Shown: one piece after another, positions 49,001-58,372 of the stretch
Numbering within the stretch: the first letter of the stretch is position 1
Layout of the letters: each line of letters opens with the position of its first letter
Source of the DNA: Bacteroidales bacterium
Lineage (GTDB): Bacteria > Bacteroidota > Bacteroidia > Bacteroidales > UBA1715
DNA length: 64,000 bases
Assembly: GCA_031286165.1 (NCBI GenBank)
Contig: JAITUU010000015.1
Location: 1,558-65,557, forward strand
Direction of reading: 5' to 3'
Notes under the pieces: generated by a model
Seen by the model: the letters and a program-made list of their open reading frames with translations, nothing else
Told to the model about the DNA's origin: nothing
The model's database searches: none
Made by a program: the position numbers and the translations under genes

Positions 49001-49840
49001 TTACGATTTTTTCTGTAATTGGAAGGTAATAGGCAGGGTGAAGTATGAAGGCACTTCTACACCGCTTTCGCTTTTGGCAGGTTTCCATTTACCCATAGAT
49101 TTCACTACGCGCATTGCTTCTTTATCCAAACTTGGATACACGCTTTTTATAATGCGCACATTATCAATGTTTCCATCGCCGCGCACTACAAATTCTACTA
49201 CCACCAAACCTTGTACGTTTGCATCGAGTGCATCTACCGGGTAGTTGGTATTTTCGGCAAGCCATTTCATGAGTACTTTTTCGCCACCCGGAAATTCCGC
49301 TTTTATGGCAGGGAAACGTACCGGTTCGGCTTTGGCGTTGTCTATATCGCTTTGGCGTTTGGCATCGTCTGCATTTTTGGCGTTCACATCATCGCTACCT
49401 TCTACGGTGCGTGCGGCTATGTCCACGTCTGCTTTATCTATTTCGGCAGCCGTTTGTTGTTGATTTTCGGTACGCACGTTTTCGTCTTTATCAACCACAA
49501 TATTGGTTACTTGAATAGCCTTTTTCACGATTTCGGGTGGTGGTATGTTTTCCACTACCACTTCTTCCTTCGGTTTTTCGTCCTCTTCTTTCATGTCTAT
49601 TACCGATGCTTTCACTTCATCTGTTTGTCCCACATCGGCTTCGCCCCATTCTATGGTAGATACTATTTTTGGCAAAAATATAGCCAAAAGACCTACGAGG
49701 AATACTATCACTATGGCTTTTATGTGTCGGTTGGAAGAATCGTTACGGAGTTCGTAGGCGCCATAATTTTTATTTTCCTTTCCGAGTGCAATATTGAGCC
49801 ATTCGGGCGAATATAAATCAAAATCTTTGATTAATTTCAT
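49001..49840 (-). CDS. tonB: Energy transducer TonB
   Basis: NKNYGAYELR, single TM, EFPGG, YP..A...VQGLVVVEFVV, LDKEAMRVV, WKPA. Confidence 0.92.
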   Translation of the reverse strand: MKLIKDFDLYSPEWLNIALGKENKNYGAYELRNDSSNRHIKAIVIVFLVGLLAIFLPKIVSTIEWGEADVGQTDEVKASVIDMKEEDEKPKEEVVVENIPPPEIVKKAIQVTNIVVDKDENVRTENQQQTAAEIDKADVDIAARTVEGSDDVNAKNADDAKRQSDIDNAKAEPVRFPAIKAEFPGGEKVLMKWLAENTNYPVDALDANVQGLVVVEFVVRGDGNIDNVRIIKSVYPSLDKEAMRVVKSMGKWKPAKSESGVEVPSYFTLPITFQLQKKS

Positions 49841-49853
49841 CTGTTTATTGTTA

Positions 49854-50546
49854 TTATTTTAGTTTATCGACTTGTGCTTTTTGCTCCGGCGACAACACAG
49901 ATTCGTCTCCCGTTCTTGTATAATACAAATATCTATCACCGTCTGAAAGGTCGGTTACTTGGTAGAAACCGATATTGGTAATAAGTATTTCGTCCAATAT
50001 ATCTACCATGTTGGCGTAGGCTGCTGCATCGAGTGGTTTTATGAGCACGGTAGGTGCTATTTTCAATTCCTCGTTTGCTCTGCGCTGCACTTGGGTAGTG
50101 AGCGTGTCGTAGGCTGCTTGGTCTATTTCTCCACGGTCGCGCTGTTCTTTCAATGCTTGAATTTGCTCGTATGTTCCCACGTTTTTACGGAGCAAAAGTT
50201 GGCGTATGCCATCTTCGCCGTAAGCTATGGGGCGCAAAAGAGTTGAGTCTTTGTAACTTTCTTCGGTGAGCATACCTTCGTAATAGAACAACTGATTGTT
50301 TGGTCCCATTAATATGGTAATAGCCGATGATTCACGTGCTTTCAATTCTTTTCCTTCTTCTGCTTTTTCGGTAGAAGGCATTGAGAGATTCATTACTTGC
50401 GGTTTGAGCAAGGTAGTGCAAAACATGAAGAACGTAATAAGCAACATATTCATGTCCACCATGGGAGTAAAATCTACTCGCAGAGTGTGTTTTTTCTGGC
50501 GTGATTTTTTCTGTCCGCCTTTTTCCTGTACTTGTACTTCTGACAT
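49854..50546 (-). CDS. exbD: Biopolymer transporter ExbD
   Basis: RVDFTPMVDMNMLLITFFM. Confidence 0.9.
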   Translation of the reverse strand: MSEVQVQEKGGQKKSRQKKHTLRVDFTPMVDMNMLLITFFMFCTTLLKPQVMNLSMPSTEKAEEGKELKARESSAITILMGPNNQLFYYEGMLTEESYKDSTLLRPIAYGEDGIRQLLLRKNVGTYEQIQALKEQRDRGEIDQAAYDTLTTQVQRRANEELKIAPTVLIKPLDAAAYANMVDILDEILITNIGFYQVTDLSDGDRYLYYTRTGDESVLSPEQKAQVDKLK

Positions 50547-50570
50547 ATCTAAATATTTTTTTGTTACTTG

Positions 50571-51260
50571 TTATTCATTGCCAGACGAACTTGCTCGCAA
50601 ACTCGTTACGAGTAAATATCTGTTTTCTCGCAAATCGCGCAAATTGTTCATAATGTTTTTTACAACTTCGTAGCGTGTGGTGCGGTCGGCTTTGATAACC
50701 AATTCAAGGTCTTTTGAGCCGTCTTGCAAATCCACTGCGCGTGCGTGGCGTATCCAATTCTGAAATTCATTGATGGACCTTCCCTGATACGTAAGTTTTG
50801 CCGCGCTGGTAAGCGTATCTGCCGGAATACCTACGTTCGGATTGTTGGGAATTTCCAATTGCTCAGCCATAAACTTATCTTGCTGCTCCACAGTAAGGTC
50901 TAAGTAAGCAGGCAATTTGGTAATAGGCACGCCAAAGGTTGTAATTTTGCGAAGTGCGTCCATTTGCGATTCGGTAAAACTCACTCCGTAGTCGGCTCCT
51001 ACCAATTTGGTAATTTCTACCAAATCGTTCATATTGTCCATACTAAGGAATATTTTACCTTGTTCATCTACCAGAATTGTCATTGAATTGGTTTCGGGAA
51101 CTTTAATTTCCGATACTGATGCCGGCGTGGTTACTGTTATCGGCTCTTTTTTTACGAAAGTCGATGTGAGCATGAAGAAGGTGAGCAACAATACTGTTAC
51201 GTCACTCATTGCCGTCATATCAATGAAAGTACTGTGTTTTTTTACTGGTGCTTTTGCCAT
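50571..51260 (-). CDS. exbD: Biopolymer transporter ExbD
   Basis: IDMTAMSDVTVLLLTFFML, IKAD. Confidence 0.9.
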   Translation of the reverse strand: MAKAPVKKHSTFIDMTAMSDVTVLLLTFFMLTSTFVKKEPITVTTPASVSEIKVPETNSMTILVDEQGKIFLSMDNMNDLVEITKLVGADYGVSFTESQMDALRKITTFGVPITKLPAYLDLTVEQQDKFMAEQLEIPNNPNVGIPADTLTSAAKLTYQGRSINEFQNWIRHARAVDLQDGSKDLELVIKADRTTRYEVVKNIMNNLRDLRENRYLLVTSLRASSSGNE

Positions 51261-51365
51261 TTCTTTCGGTTTTAGTTAGAGTTCTGAGTATTTAGTTTTT
51301 TATATAACGAGGTAAACAATAATTTATTTTGAAACTATTGCGTACTAATTACTAAACTATAACTA

Positions 51366-52148
51366 TTAGTGAGTTTCGGCAAACGTTTGTGTAAGGGCAA
51401 ATCCTATTTCTTCAATAGCGTAGGTCATGTTATCTACTTTTCCGCTATAGAATGAGTACGAAATAATTGCCAATGCACCGGTAAGGATACCGTTTGCGGT
51501 GTTAATCAAGGCTTCGGAAATACCTACCGAAAGTGCCATAGAGTCCACACCACCCGCACCTGCAAGTGCCGAGAATGAACGAATCATACCAAGTACCGTT
51601 CCGAACAAACCCATAAGAGTACCGAGTGATGAAATAGTTGCTATGATTGACAAATTTTGTTGCAATGTAGGCATTTGCAATGCTGTTGCTTCTTCTATTT
51701 CGTTTTTAATTTGTGCTACTTTTTCTTCTTTCGATAAATCTACTGTTTCCACTTCATGGTATTTGCGCAAGCCTGCATCTACTATGGCTGCCACAGAACC
51801 TTGTTGTTGGTCGCACAGTGCTTGTGCTCCTTCAAAATTACCTTTGCGCAATTCTGCTTTCACATTTGCCACAAATTGAATTAAATTACCTTTACCTTTT
51901 GCTTTGTTAAGCGCGAAAAAGCGTTCAACACTCAAAATGATTACTGTAAGCAACAATGATAAGATAATTGGTACCACAAATCCCCCTTTAAACATGGTTC
52001 CCAAAAAGTTCGCTGGGTGTTGTGTCGGGTCATTGTTTTCAAAGTTGCTGTCGGCTCCAAGCACTAAATAGAAAAATAAATGTGCTAATACTAAGCTCAC
52101 TGCGATTACGGCGAAGGCTGATACCCCTCTGGTTTTTTTTACGTTCAT
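51366..52148 (-). CDS. exbB: MotA/TolQ/ExbB proton channel
   Basis: LGTLMGLFGTVLGMIRSF, GISEALINTA. Confidence 0.93.
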   Translation of the reverse strand: MNVKKTRGVSAFAVIAVSLVLAHLFFYLVLGADSNFENNDPTQHPANFLGTMFKGGFVVPIILSLLLTVIILSVERFFALNKAKGKGNLIQFVANVKAELRKGNFEGAQALCDQQQGSVAAIVDAGLRKYHEVETVDLSKEEKVAQIKNEIEEATALQMPTLQQNLSIIATISSLGTLMGLFGTVLGMIRSFSALAGAGGVDSMALSVGISEALINTANGILTGALAIISYSFYSGKVDNMTYAIEEIGFALTQTFAETH

Positions 52149-52593
52149 AACGATTTGTAATTAGTTTGGTTTAAAAAATTTAATAATAACTATTCTATCT
52201 TTTGAAAAATCTTTACCTCAATTCTTCACATTGCGCAAAGGTACCAAAGTCTCGGTATGAGCCAAATACCCTTTTAATGGTATTTTCGGTTTTTGCTACT
52301 TTATGACGAATATCATAAAAATTTTCCAACGGCAAAAATACATTTTTTTTGAAATCTCTCTACTTTATTTGCATTTATTTTTGAAATTTTTGCTTCGGCA
52401 ACTCTATGCCTCTCAACTTTTCGATTTCTTTCATAAAAACGCCTTGTTTTTTGGGTTTAGTATGTAAAACGGTATTTTTATTGTGCTTTTTTTGAATATT
52501 GTGTAAGTAGTAGTTAGTATTCGGTATTCAGTAGTTGGTAATGAGTACTTTCAACGTTCCATTCTCTCCTTTCAATTATCCACTAAAAAACAC

Positions 52594-53007
52594 TTACATT
52601 TTGGCAATAAATTCTTGCGGAGTAAGAATTTGTATGTGCGCTGCCGATGCAAAATCTTTGGTGTTCCGGGTTACAATCGCGTCCATTTCATTACGCATGG
52701 CTACGTGTGTCTGCAAGGCATCTTCAAAGTCGTTCCAGCCCATTTTATGTGCCAAATACACATCTTCTTTATATACCGAAAGCACATTGAAAAGTATTAA
52801 TAAATCATCAAACGTATGCGAAGCAAATGTATGTCCGTTTGTTTTTTGCAACACATAAAAAATATCGGTAGCCATCGATGCGGTGATGTAACCTTCTACG
52901 CTGCCGTTGGCAATTTCCACCACGATTGCTTGTGCGTTTTCGTAAAATAATTCTCGTTTTAACGCAAAATCAAGAACAACATTGGTATCTAACAATATTC
53001 TTTTCAT
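52594..53007 (-). CDS. PIN-domain toxin
   Basis: ILLDTNVVLD, DFEDALQ, IVTRNTKDF. Confidence 0.9.
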   Translation of the reverse strand: MKRILLDTNVVLDFALKRELFYENAQAIVVEIANGSVEGYITASMATDIFYVLQKTNGHTFASHTFDDLLILFNVLSVYKEDVYLAHKMGWNDFEDALQTHVAMRNEMDAIVTRNTKDFASAAHIQILTPQEFIAKM

Positions 53008-53255
53008 ATCTGTTTTGCTTGTAAACGGTTGTAGCGAATATCGTCTAATTCTTCATCGGTCAAGTGATTTTTCGGCATTGCAGCCTGCTGTTTCAGTAAT
53101 CGTTTTAAAGCAAGTTTTCGTTGTTTTAATTCTGTTGTGGTATCTTCTGTCGGAATAATTACTAAAGTTACTTTTTTGTTGTATAAATACGGCATTGAAT
53201 ATAGGTTAATTACGCCATTATTTGAAATAGAAACATCTGTTTGATATACTTGCAT
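53004..53255 (-). CDS. Putative antitoxin
   Basis: Small ORF with a 4-nt overlap on the PIN gene; N-terminal beta-hairpin like 18419; LTDEELDDIRY. Confidence 0.72.
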   Translation of the reverse strand: MQVYQTDVSISNNGVINLYSMPYLYNKKVTLVIIPTEDTTTELKQRKLALKRLLKQQAAMPKNHLTDEELDDIRYNRLQAKQI

Positions 53256-53344
53256 AGTGTTCGTTCGTAATTAGTTTATAACTTATGAATACAAAGATAT
53301 ATTTTTTTCTATGATATTACAATAGTATAAAAATTTTTCAACTC

Positions 53345-55159
53345 TCAATTCTCAGTTCCCATTCTCCACTCTCCCTTAAAAATTCTCACTTCCACCACTC
53401 GCTCATGCGCAGTGCGTATTGAAAAATCGTATTCCGTGTGTGGTTTTTCGGGTAGAATTACCGGCGTTTTTTCGTAAAAACGTACATTCTGCGTGTGTAT
53501 TCCGGCGCGTTGTAATTCTTCCACAATACAATTCCGCACCGATTCTGTGCGGCGTTGCGCCAAGCGTTCGTTGTATTCTCTGCTGCCGCTTGCGCTTGTA
53601 AATGCCTGTAATTCAATTACTACTTCGCCTTTTTCTTGTGCAATTTCTTGCAATTTTCGCCGCAGTGCCTCCGCGTGCGCCACAAGTTGTTTGCTAAGAA
53701 AATCGCGCAATTGCTGTTCTTCTATTTTCTGCGCTATGCTAAATTCCTTTGCACGCACAGTGGCAATCTGTGTTTCCACAAAATCTTTATACTGCGCATA
53801 TTCCTCCGCGTAATTCAATACCGACTGTTCTTGCGGAAAATCGTGGCGAAAAAATAGCGTGGTGCGAAATTCCTGTTCGTCAGTTCTTTTGGTAGGAGAT
53901 GCTGCATCGACTGCGGCATGACGTAACGGTGTTTGTAAAGGGTACAAAAACACCGAATTATAAAAAAATGCGGTTTTTTCTGGTTTTTTCTGCGGACGAT
54001 TGGAGGTAAAAAACGCCGTATCGTTCAAAATTGTGTAGTAAAAATCATCGAAGGAAGAATTAATAGGCACAGCCATGTTTTCCGCTGTTTGAAAGGCAGA
54101 ATGGAGGTATTTTGCACTGAAAATATCGAAACCGCCCATGCCCATGCGCCAATCGGAACTAAAAAAAAGCGTTTTGCTTGCAGTATCGAAAAACGGACAC
54201 ATTTCATCGCCGGCGGTATTTACTCCTGCTCCGGCATTGATAGGCGTGCCCCACCAACCTTCTTGGCTCATCGGGCAATACCAAATATCGAAGCCCCCAA
54301 AACCACCCTGCATATTCGCTGCAAAAAACACCACACGCCGGCTGCCAATGTGCGCAAAATGCACGTGTATCATACTCTCATGTTGGTTTTCCGGCATCAA
54401 TCTGCTTTTTGGCTCTTGCAAGGTCAAAATTCCTGCACTATCGCTCACCACGCGCAATTCCGCCTTACTGAGCGGCGTGTGTGCCGGGCGGCGTGCTACA
54501 AAAATTTCACCTTGCACGTCTTGTAAATCGGAAAAAGAATATAGCGGATTGGAAAACAGCGTTTTGTAGGGTTCTGCAAGTGGTGCAAAGCTAATGTGCG
54601 ATGCTTCGCCCCTGCGATTTTCTAACACGTTCACACCGTTATACACCACAGAATTGTGCAGTAAACTCACGCCGTAATTGTGAAAAAAGGGCGAACGTTC
54701 ATCGCGCACAATATTGAAATTCCGGGTTTCGGTAGTCCATTGCAATTTTTGCACTTCATTCAGTGTGCGCTCGTAAAATTCACGGTGATGAGAGGTTATA
54801 TACCTATTATAATAAAACTGTGCATCTTTTTTGTTGCCAAAGTTTTGTTCTATGTGTGCCAACCAAAACAACACTTCGGGATAGCGTTCCGCATCGGTTT
54901 TTGCAAGTTGTTTATATAAGGCACGTGCTTCGTTGAACTGTAAATTGAGCCGGTACGCATTGGCGGCAAGGACTTGCAGCGCAGGCATTTTTTCATACAT
55001 CTGCATAAGCGACAAAGAAAGTTCTATGGCAGTTTCGTAATCGCCCGAAGCATACGCACTCTGCGCCTGCTCAAACACTTTATCGTAGGTTTGCGCATAA
55101 TTTGCGTGAAACAGCACGCAGAAACACACGAGGGTACACATTTTTTGTATTACAGTCAT
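53345..55159 (-). CDS. TPR-PD40-OmpA-like protein (PorE-related)
   Basis: N-terminal TPRs, GGFGGFDIW, VNTAGDEMCPF, TLFFSSD..GMGGFDIF, FTSNR, GSREYNERLAQRR. Confidence 0.8.
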   Translation of the reverse strand: MTVIQKMCTLVCFCVLFHANYAQTYDKVFEQAQSAYASGDYETAIELSLSLMQMYEKMPALQVLAANAYRLNLQFNEARALYKQLAKTDAERYPEVLFWLAHIEQNFGNKKDAQFYYNRYITSHHREFYERTLNEVQKLQWTTETRNFNIVRDERSPFFHNYGVSLLHNSVVYNGVNVLENRRGEASHISFAPLAEPYKTLFSNPLYSFSDLQDVQGEIFVARRPAHTPLSKAELRVVSDSAGILTLQEPKSRLMPENQHESMIHVHFAHIGSRRVVFFAANMQGGFGGFDIWYCPMSQEGWWGTPINAGAGVNTAGDEMCPFFDTASKTLFFSSDWRMGMGGFDIFSAKYLHSAFQTAENMAVPINSSFDDFYYTILNDTAFFTSNRPQKKPEKTAFFYNSVFLYPLQTPLRHAAVDAASPTKRTDEQEFRTTLFFRHDFPQEQSVLNYAEEYAQYKDFVETQIATVRAKEFSIAQKIEEQQLRDFLSKQLVAHAEALRRKLQEIAQEKGEVVIELQAFTSASGSREYNERLAQRRTESVRNCIVEELQRAGIHTQNVRFYEKTPVILPEKPHTEYDFSIRTAHERVVEVRIFKGEWRMGTEN

Positions 55160-55263
55160 AGAAACGTATTTTGCACAAATTTATACAGTTTAACGCACAA
55201 AAGCGCATAGTATTTTGAATTTACAAACAAAAATGTAGTATTTTTACTCTCAAATGTAACACT

Positions 55264-57186
55264 ATGTATAAACAGCCAAAATCACTCGCCTTCCTGTTTT
55301 TTACCGAAATGTGGGAGCGATTCAGTTTTTACGGTATGCGTGCGTTGCTCACGCTGTATTTAACGCTGCAACTTTTTCGCCATTTGCAGGAACCCGAAAA
55401 AAAAGCTGCCGCTTTCGGAATTTATGCCGCCTATGGTGCGCTGGTGTATGCCACGCCGTTTATTGGCGGTTTGATAGCCGATAAATTTTTAGGTTACAAA
55501 AAAGCCATTATTTGGGGCGCAATTCTTATGGCGGTGGGGCATTTTGTTATGGCTATCGAAAGTGAATTTTTTCTCTACTTGGCGTTGGCATTCCTCATTA
55601 TCGGCAATGGTTTTTTTAAACCCAACATTTCGTCCATAGTGGGCAATTTGTATATGGAAAACGACCCGCGCCGCGATAGTGGGTTCACTATTTTTTACAT
55701 GGGTGTGAATTTGGGTGCGTTTTTTTCGCCGCTCATTTGCGGCATTATTGGCGAAACCTTTGGTTGGCATTGGGGTTTTGGCATTGCCGGTTTGGGTATG
55801 ATTATTGGTTTGGTGGTTTTTATGCGCAATCAAAAAAACTTAGACCATAAAGAAAGTATAGATTTCAACAATCCTTCTGCCGAAGTGCAGATAGTACCTG
55901 CGCAGATAGGCGCACCGCCCCATGTGGAGGAATTACAGAAAAAACGCTTTTTCGGCATTTCGATAGAACACTGTATTTATGCACTCAGTGTGGCTTCGGT
56001 GGCAGTATTTGCTCTTCTTGTAAAAAATTACCAATTCATGACCTACGCGCTTACTCCTTTTGCCGTAGCGGTAGTGCTCATTATTTTTGTAATAGCAGTG
56101 CGCAGCCCCAAAGTAGAGCGGCAGCGATTGTTTGTTATTCTTATTTTGCTCTTTTTTACGGTATTGTTTTTCGCATTTTTCGAGCAAGCGGGTTCTTCGC
56201 TCACGCTGTTTGCCAACGAAAATGTAAATAGAAACCTTTTTTCGTTTACCGTACCCACTTCGCTCTTTCAGTCGGTCAATCCGCTGTTTATACTTGTGTT
56301 GGCAACGCCGCTCACCATGCTGTGGCTGCGTTTGGCAGAGCGTAAACGCGAACCAAATACGGTGGTAAAATTCTCTTTGGGTTTATTTTTCCTCAGTTTG
56401 GGATTTCTGCTCCTTGCCGTAGCACCCTATTTTGTACGCGCTGTGTCGCTCAATGTGGGCGGTATAGACACGCCGCTCGTGCTCCATATTGCTGCCGTGC
56501 CCATGCTTATACTCATAGTGAGTTATATGCTGCAAACCATTGGTGAACTCTGCCTTTCGCCCATAGGACTTTCTATGGTAACAAAACTTTCGCCGCCGCG
56601 CATTACCGCTATGGTAATGGGCGCGTGGTTTCTTTCGAGTGCTATGGCGCACCACGTGGCAGGCATTATTGCCAATTTTACCACCCAAGAAGAATCGCCG
56701 GTGGAAATTATGATTTCCGATTTTGCCGAGCATCTTCCTGCGCAATCGCTCACTCTTTCTGCCGAAGAATTTTTTGCTGCGCATACAAACGAAATTTCAG
56801 AAACCTATTACACTGCATTCAACGATATATTGAGCGAAAAACCGCTAAAAGCGGTGTATGAACGCGCTTGGGGAAATTTCAAGCAAACAAACCTTACGCA
56901 GTTTATACAAGATTCCGCGCTTGTTTCGCAGGCAATGCTGCATAGTTTCAATACCGGATTAGCGCATTTTTACGAGCAAGGCGAACATGCAGTGCTACAA
57001 GCAGCGGATAAGCGATTTATAAGCGAAGCGCGTGCCGACACCCTCAGTCCTTCCACCAAATATTCTTTATTCAATTTGCTGAATTATGCGCGAGTATTTG
57101 GTGTGGTGGGTTTAATTGCACTCGTGGCATCGCTCGTACTCTTTGCTCTTTCGCCCTTTATTACCCGCATGATGCACGAAAATTAG
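55264..57186 (+). CDS. POT-family proton-dependent oligopeptide transporter
   Basis: EMWERFSFYGM (ExxERFxYY-like), GNGFFKPNIS, FYMGVNLG, GELCLSPIG. Confidence 0.94.
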   Translation: MYKQPKSLAFLFFTEMWERFSFYGMRALLTLYLTLQLFRHLQEPEKKAAAFGIYAAYGALVYATPFIGGLIADKFLGYKKAIIWGAILMAVGHFVMAIESEFFLYLALAFLIIGNGFFKPNISSIVGNLYMENDPRRDSGFTIFYMGVNLGAFFSPLICGIIGETFGWHWGFGIAGLGMIIGLVVFMRNQKNLDHKESIDFNNPSAEVQIVPAQIGAPPHVEELQKKRFFGISIEHCIYALSVASVAVFALLVKNYQFMTYALTPFAVAVVLIIFVIAVRSPKVERQRLFVILILLFFTVLFFAFFEQAGSSLTLFANENVNRNLFSFTVPTSLFQSVNPLFILVLATPLTMLWLRLAERKREPNTVVKFSLGLFFLSLGFLLLAVAPYFVRAVSLNVGGIDTPLVLHIAAVPMLILIVSYMLQTIGELCLSPIGLSMVTKLSPPRITAMVMGAWFLSSAMAHHVAGIIANFTTQEESPVEIMISDFAEHLPAQSLTLSAEEFFAAHTNEISETYYTAFNDILSEKPLKAVYERAWGNFKQTNLTQFIQDSALVSQAMLHSFNTGLAHFYEQGEHAVLQAADKRFISEARADTLSPSTKYSLFNLLNYARVFGVVGLIALVASLVLFALSPFITRMMHEN

Positions 57187-57293
57187 TGATTAGAGATTAG
57201 TTGTTAGAGATTAGGCATAAAAACCTCTCACGAAACGAAGTTCGCAGGAGTTTTTCTTTTATTAACATATTGTCGTATTAGCACATTAGCATA

Positions 57294-58289
57294 TTAACAC
57301 ATTCTAAATTCATAACCCGAAAGTTCCGCATGTGCCGTAATTACAACATGTTTTGCTATCGTTTGTAGAAATTTTCTGTTACTGCCGCCGTGCCCTATGG
57401 CAAAATTGAGTTGTGCGGGGGCTACTTCTATGTGTATTGTTTCGTAGGATTTTTGAACATTGGTTTTGAAAATGTGCAACCACACGTAACTCAACAGTAG
57501 TTCTTTGAATGAACTATGATAGGGACCGGCGAGCAAGGCTCCGTTACTGAGGTCGCTGCTGGGGTGCAGCCCCACGCGCAACACCTGCACGCCGCGTTGT
57601 TCAAAGTTTTGATACACCGGCGCAGTCCACGCAAGTGCATCTTCGAGAGAAAGCGGCGTGTATAATTCTTTGCGCCAGAGTTCCGCAAGCGGCGTATGTG
57701 CTACCACCAGAGTAGGGTATATGCGCGTGGAGTGCGCTCCCAAATCGCAAATAGTTTGAGCCGTGTGCAAGGCTCTTTGGGCACTGTCGCCGGGCAAGCC
57801 TATCATCATTTGCAAGCCTAAGCGAAATCCTGCGCGGCGAATCAACGTTGCCGCATTCACAATATCTGCCTGTGTGTGTCCGCGCCCCGATTGCCGTAGA
57901 ACTTCGTCATTGGTAGATTGCGCACCAAGTTCTATATCGAGCACGGAATAGTGTTTGAGTAGCGCAAGTGTTTCATTGTCAATGTAATCGGGGCGAGTGG
58001 AAATACGAATGCTTTGCACGCGCCCACTGCGAATGTACGGTTGCACAAGTTGCAAATACTCTTCCTGTTCGCTCAGCGGCATGGCGGTAAATGTGCCGCC
58101 AAAAAATGCAATTTGCACCTCAGTTTCGGGTGGTATAGTGTGTAAATACTGCTCTATACTGTGTGTAATTTCCTTAGTGCTTGGAATATGCACTCTACTG
58201 CTAATGTGCTGCTGATTGCAAAATACGCACTGATGCGGACACGAACGCTGCGGAAAAAATATGGGAATATTGACGTGTTTTTGCTTCAT
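57294..58289 (-). CDS. Radical SAM protein (Elp3/YhcC-like)
   Basis: CPHQCVFC, FFGGTF, STRPD, ELGAQS, RIYPTLV. Confidence 0.9.
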   Translation of the reverse strand: MKQKHVNIPIFFPQRSCPHQCVFCNQQHISSRVHIPSTKEITHSIEQYLHTIPPETEVQIAFFGGTFTAMPLSEQEEYLQLVQPYIRSGRVQSIRISTRPDYIDNETLALLKHYSVLDIELGAQSTNDEVLRQSGRGHTQADIVNAATLIRRAGFRLGLQMMIGLPGDSAQRALHTAQTICDLGAHSTRIYPTLVVAHTPLAELWRKELYTPLSLEDALAWTAPVYQNFEQRGVQVLRVGLHPSSDLSNGALLAGPYHSSFKELLLSYVWLHIFKTNVQKSYETIHIEVAPAQLNFAIGHGGSNRKFLQTIAKHVVITAHAELSGYEFRMC

Positions 58290-58372
58290 GTGTGCAAAAT
58301 TACATTGTTTTTTCCTATTTTTGAACATCGCAACAAAATCGCGTTGAAATACCAGTATTTATACCACCTCTC

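Noticed and set aside
49001-52148. Duplicated exbD
   Set aside because: exbB-exbD-exbD-tonB is the standard Bacteroidota arrangement.
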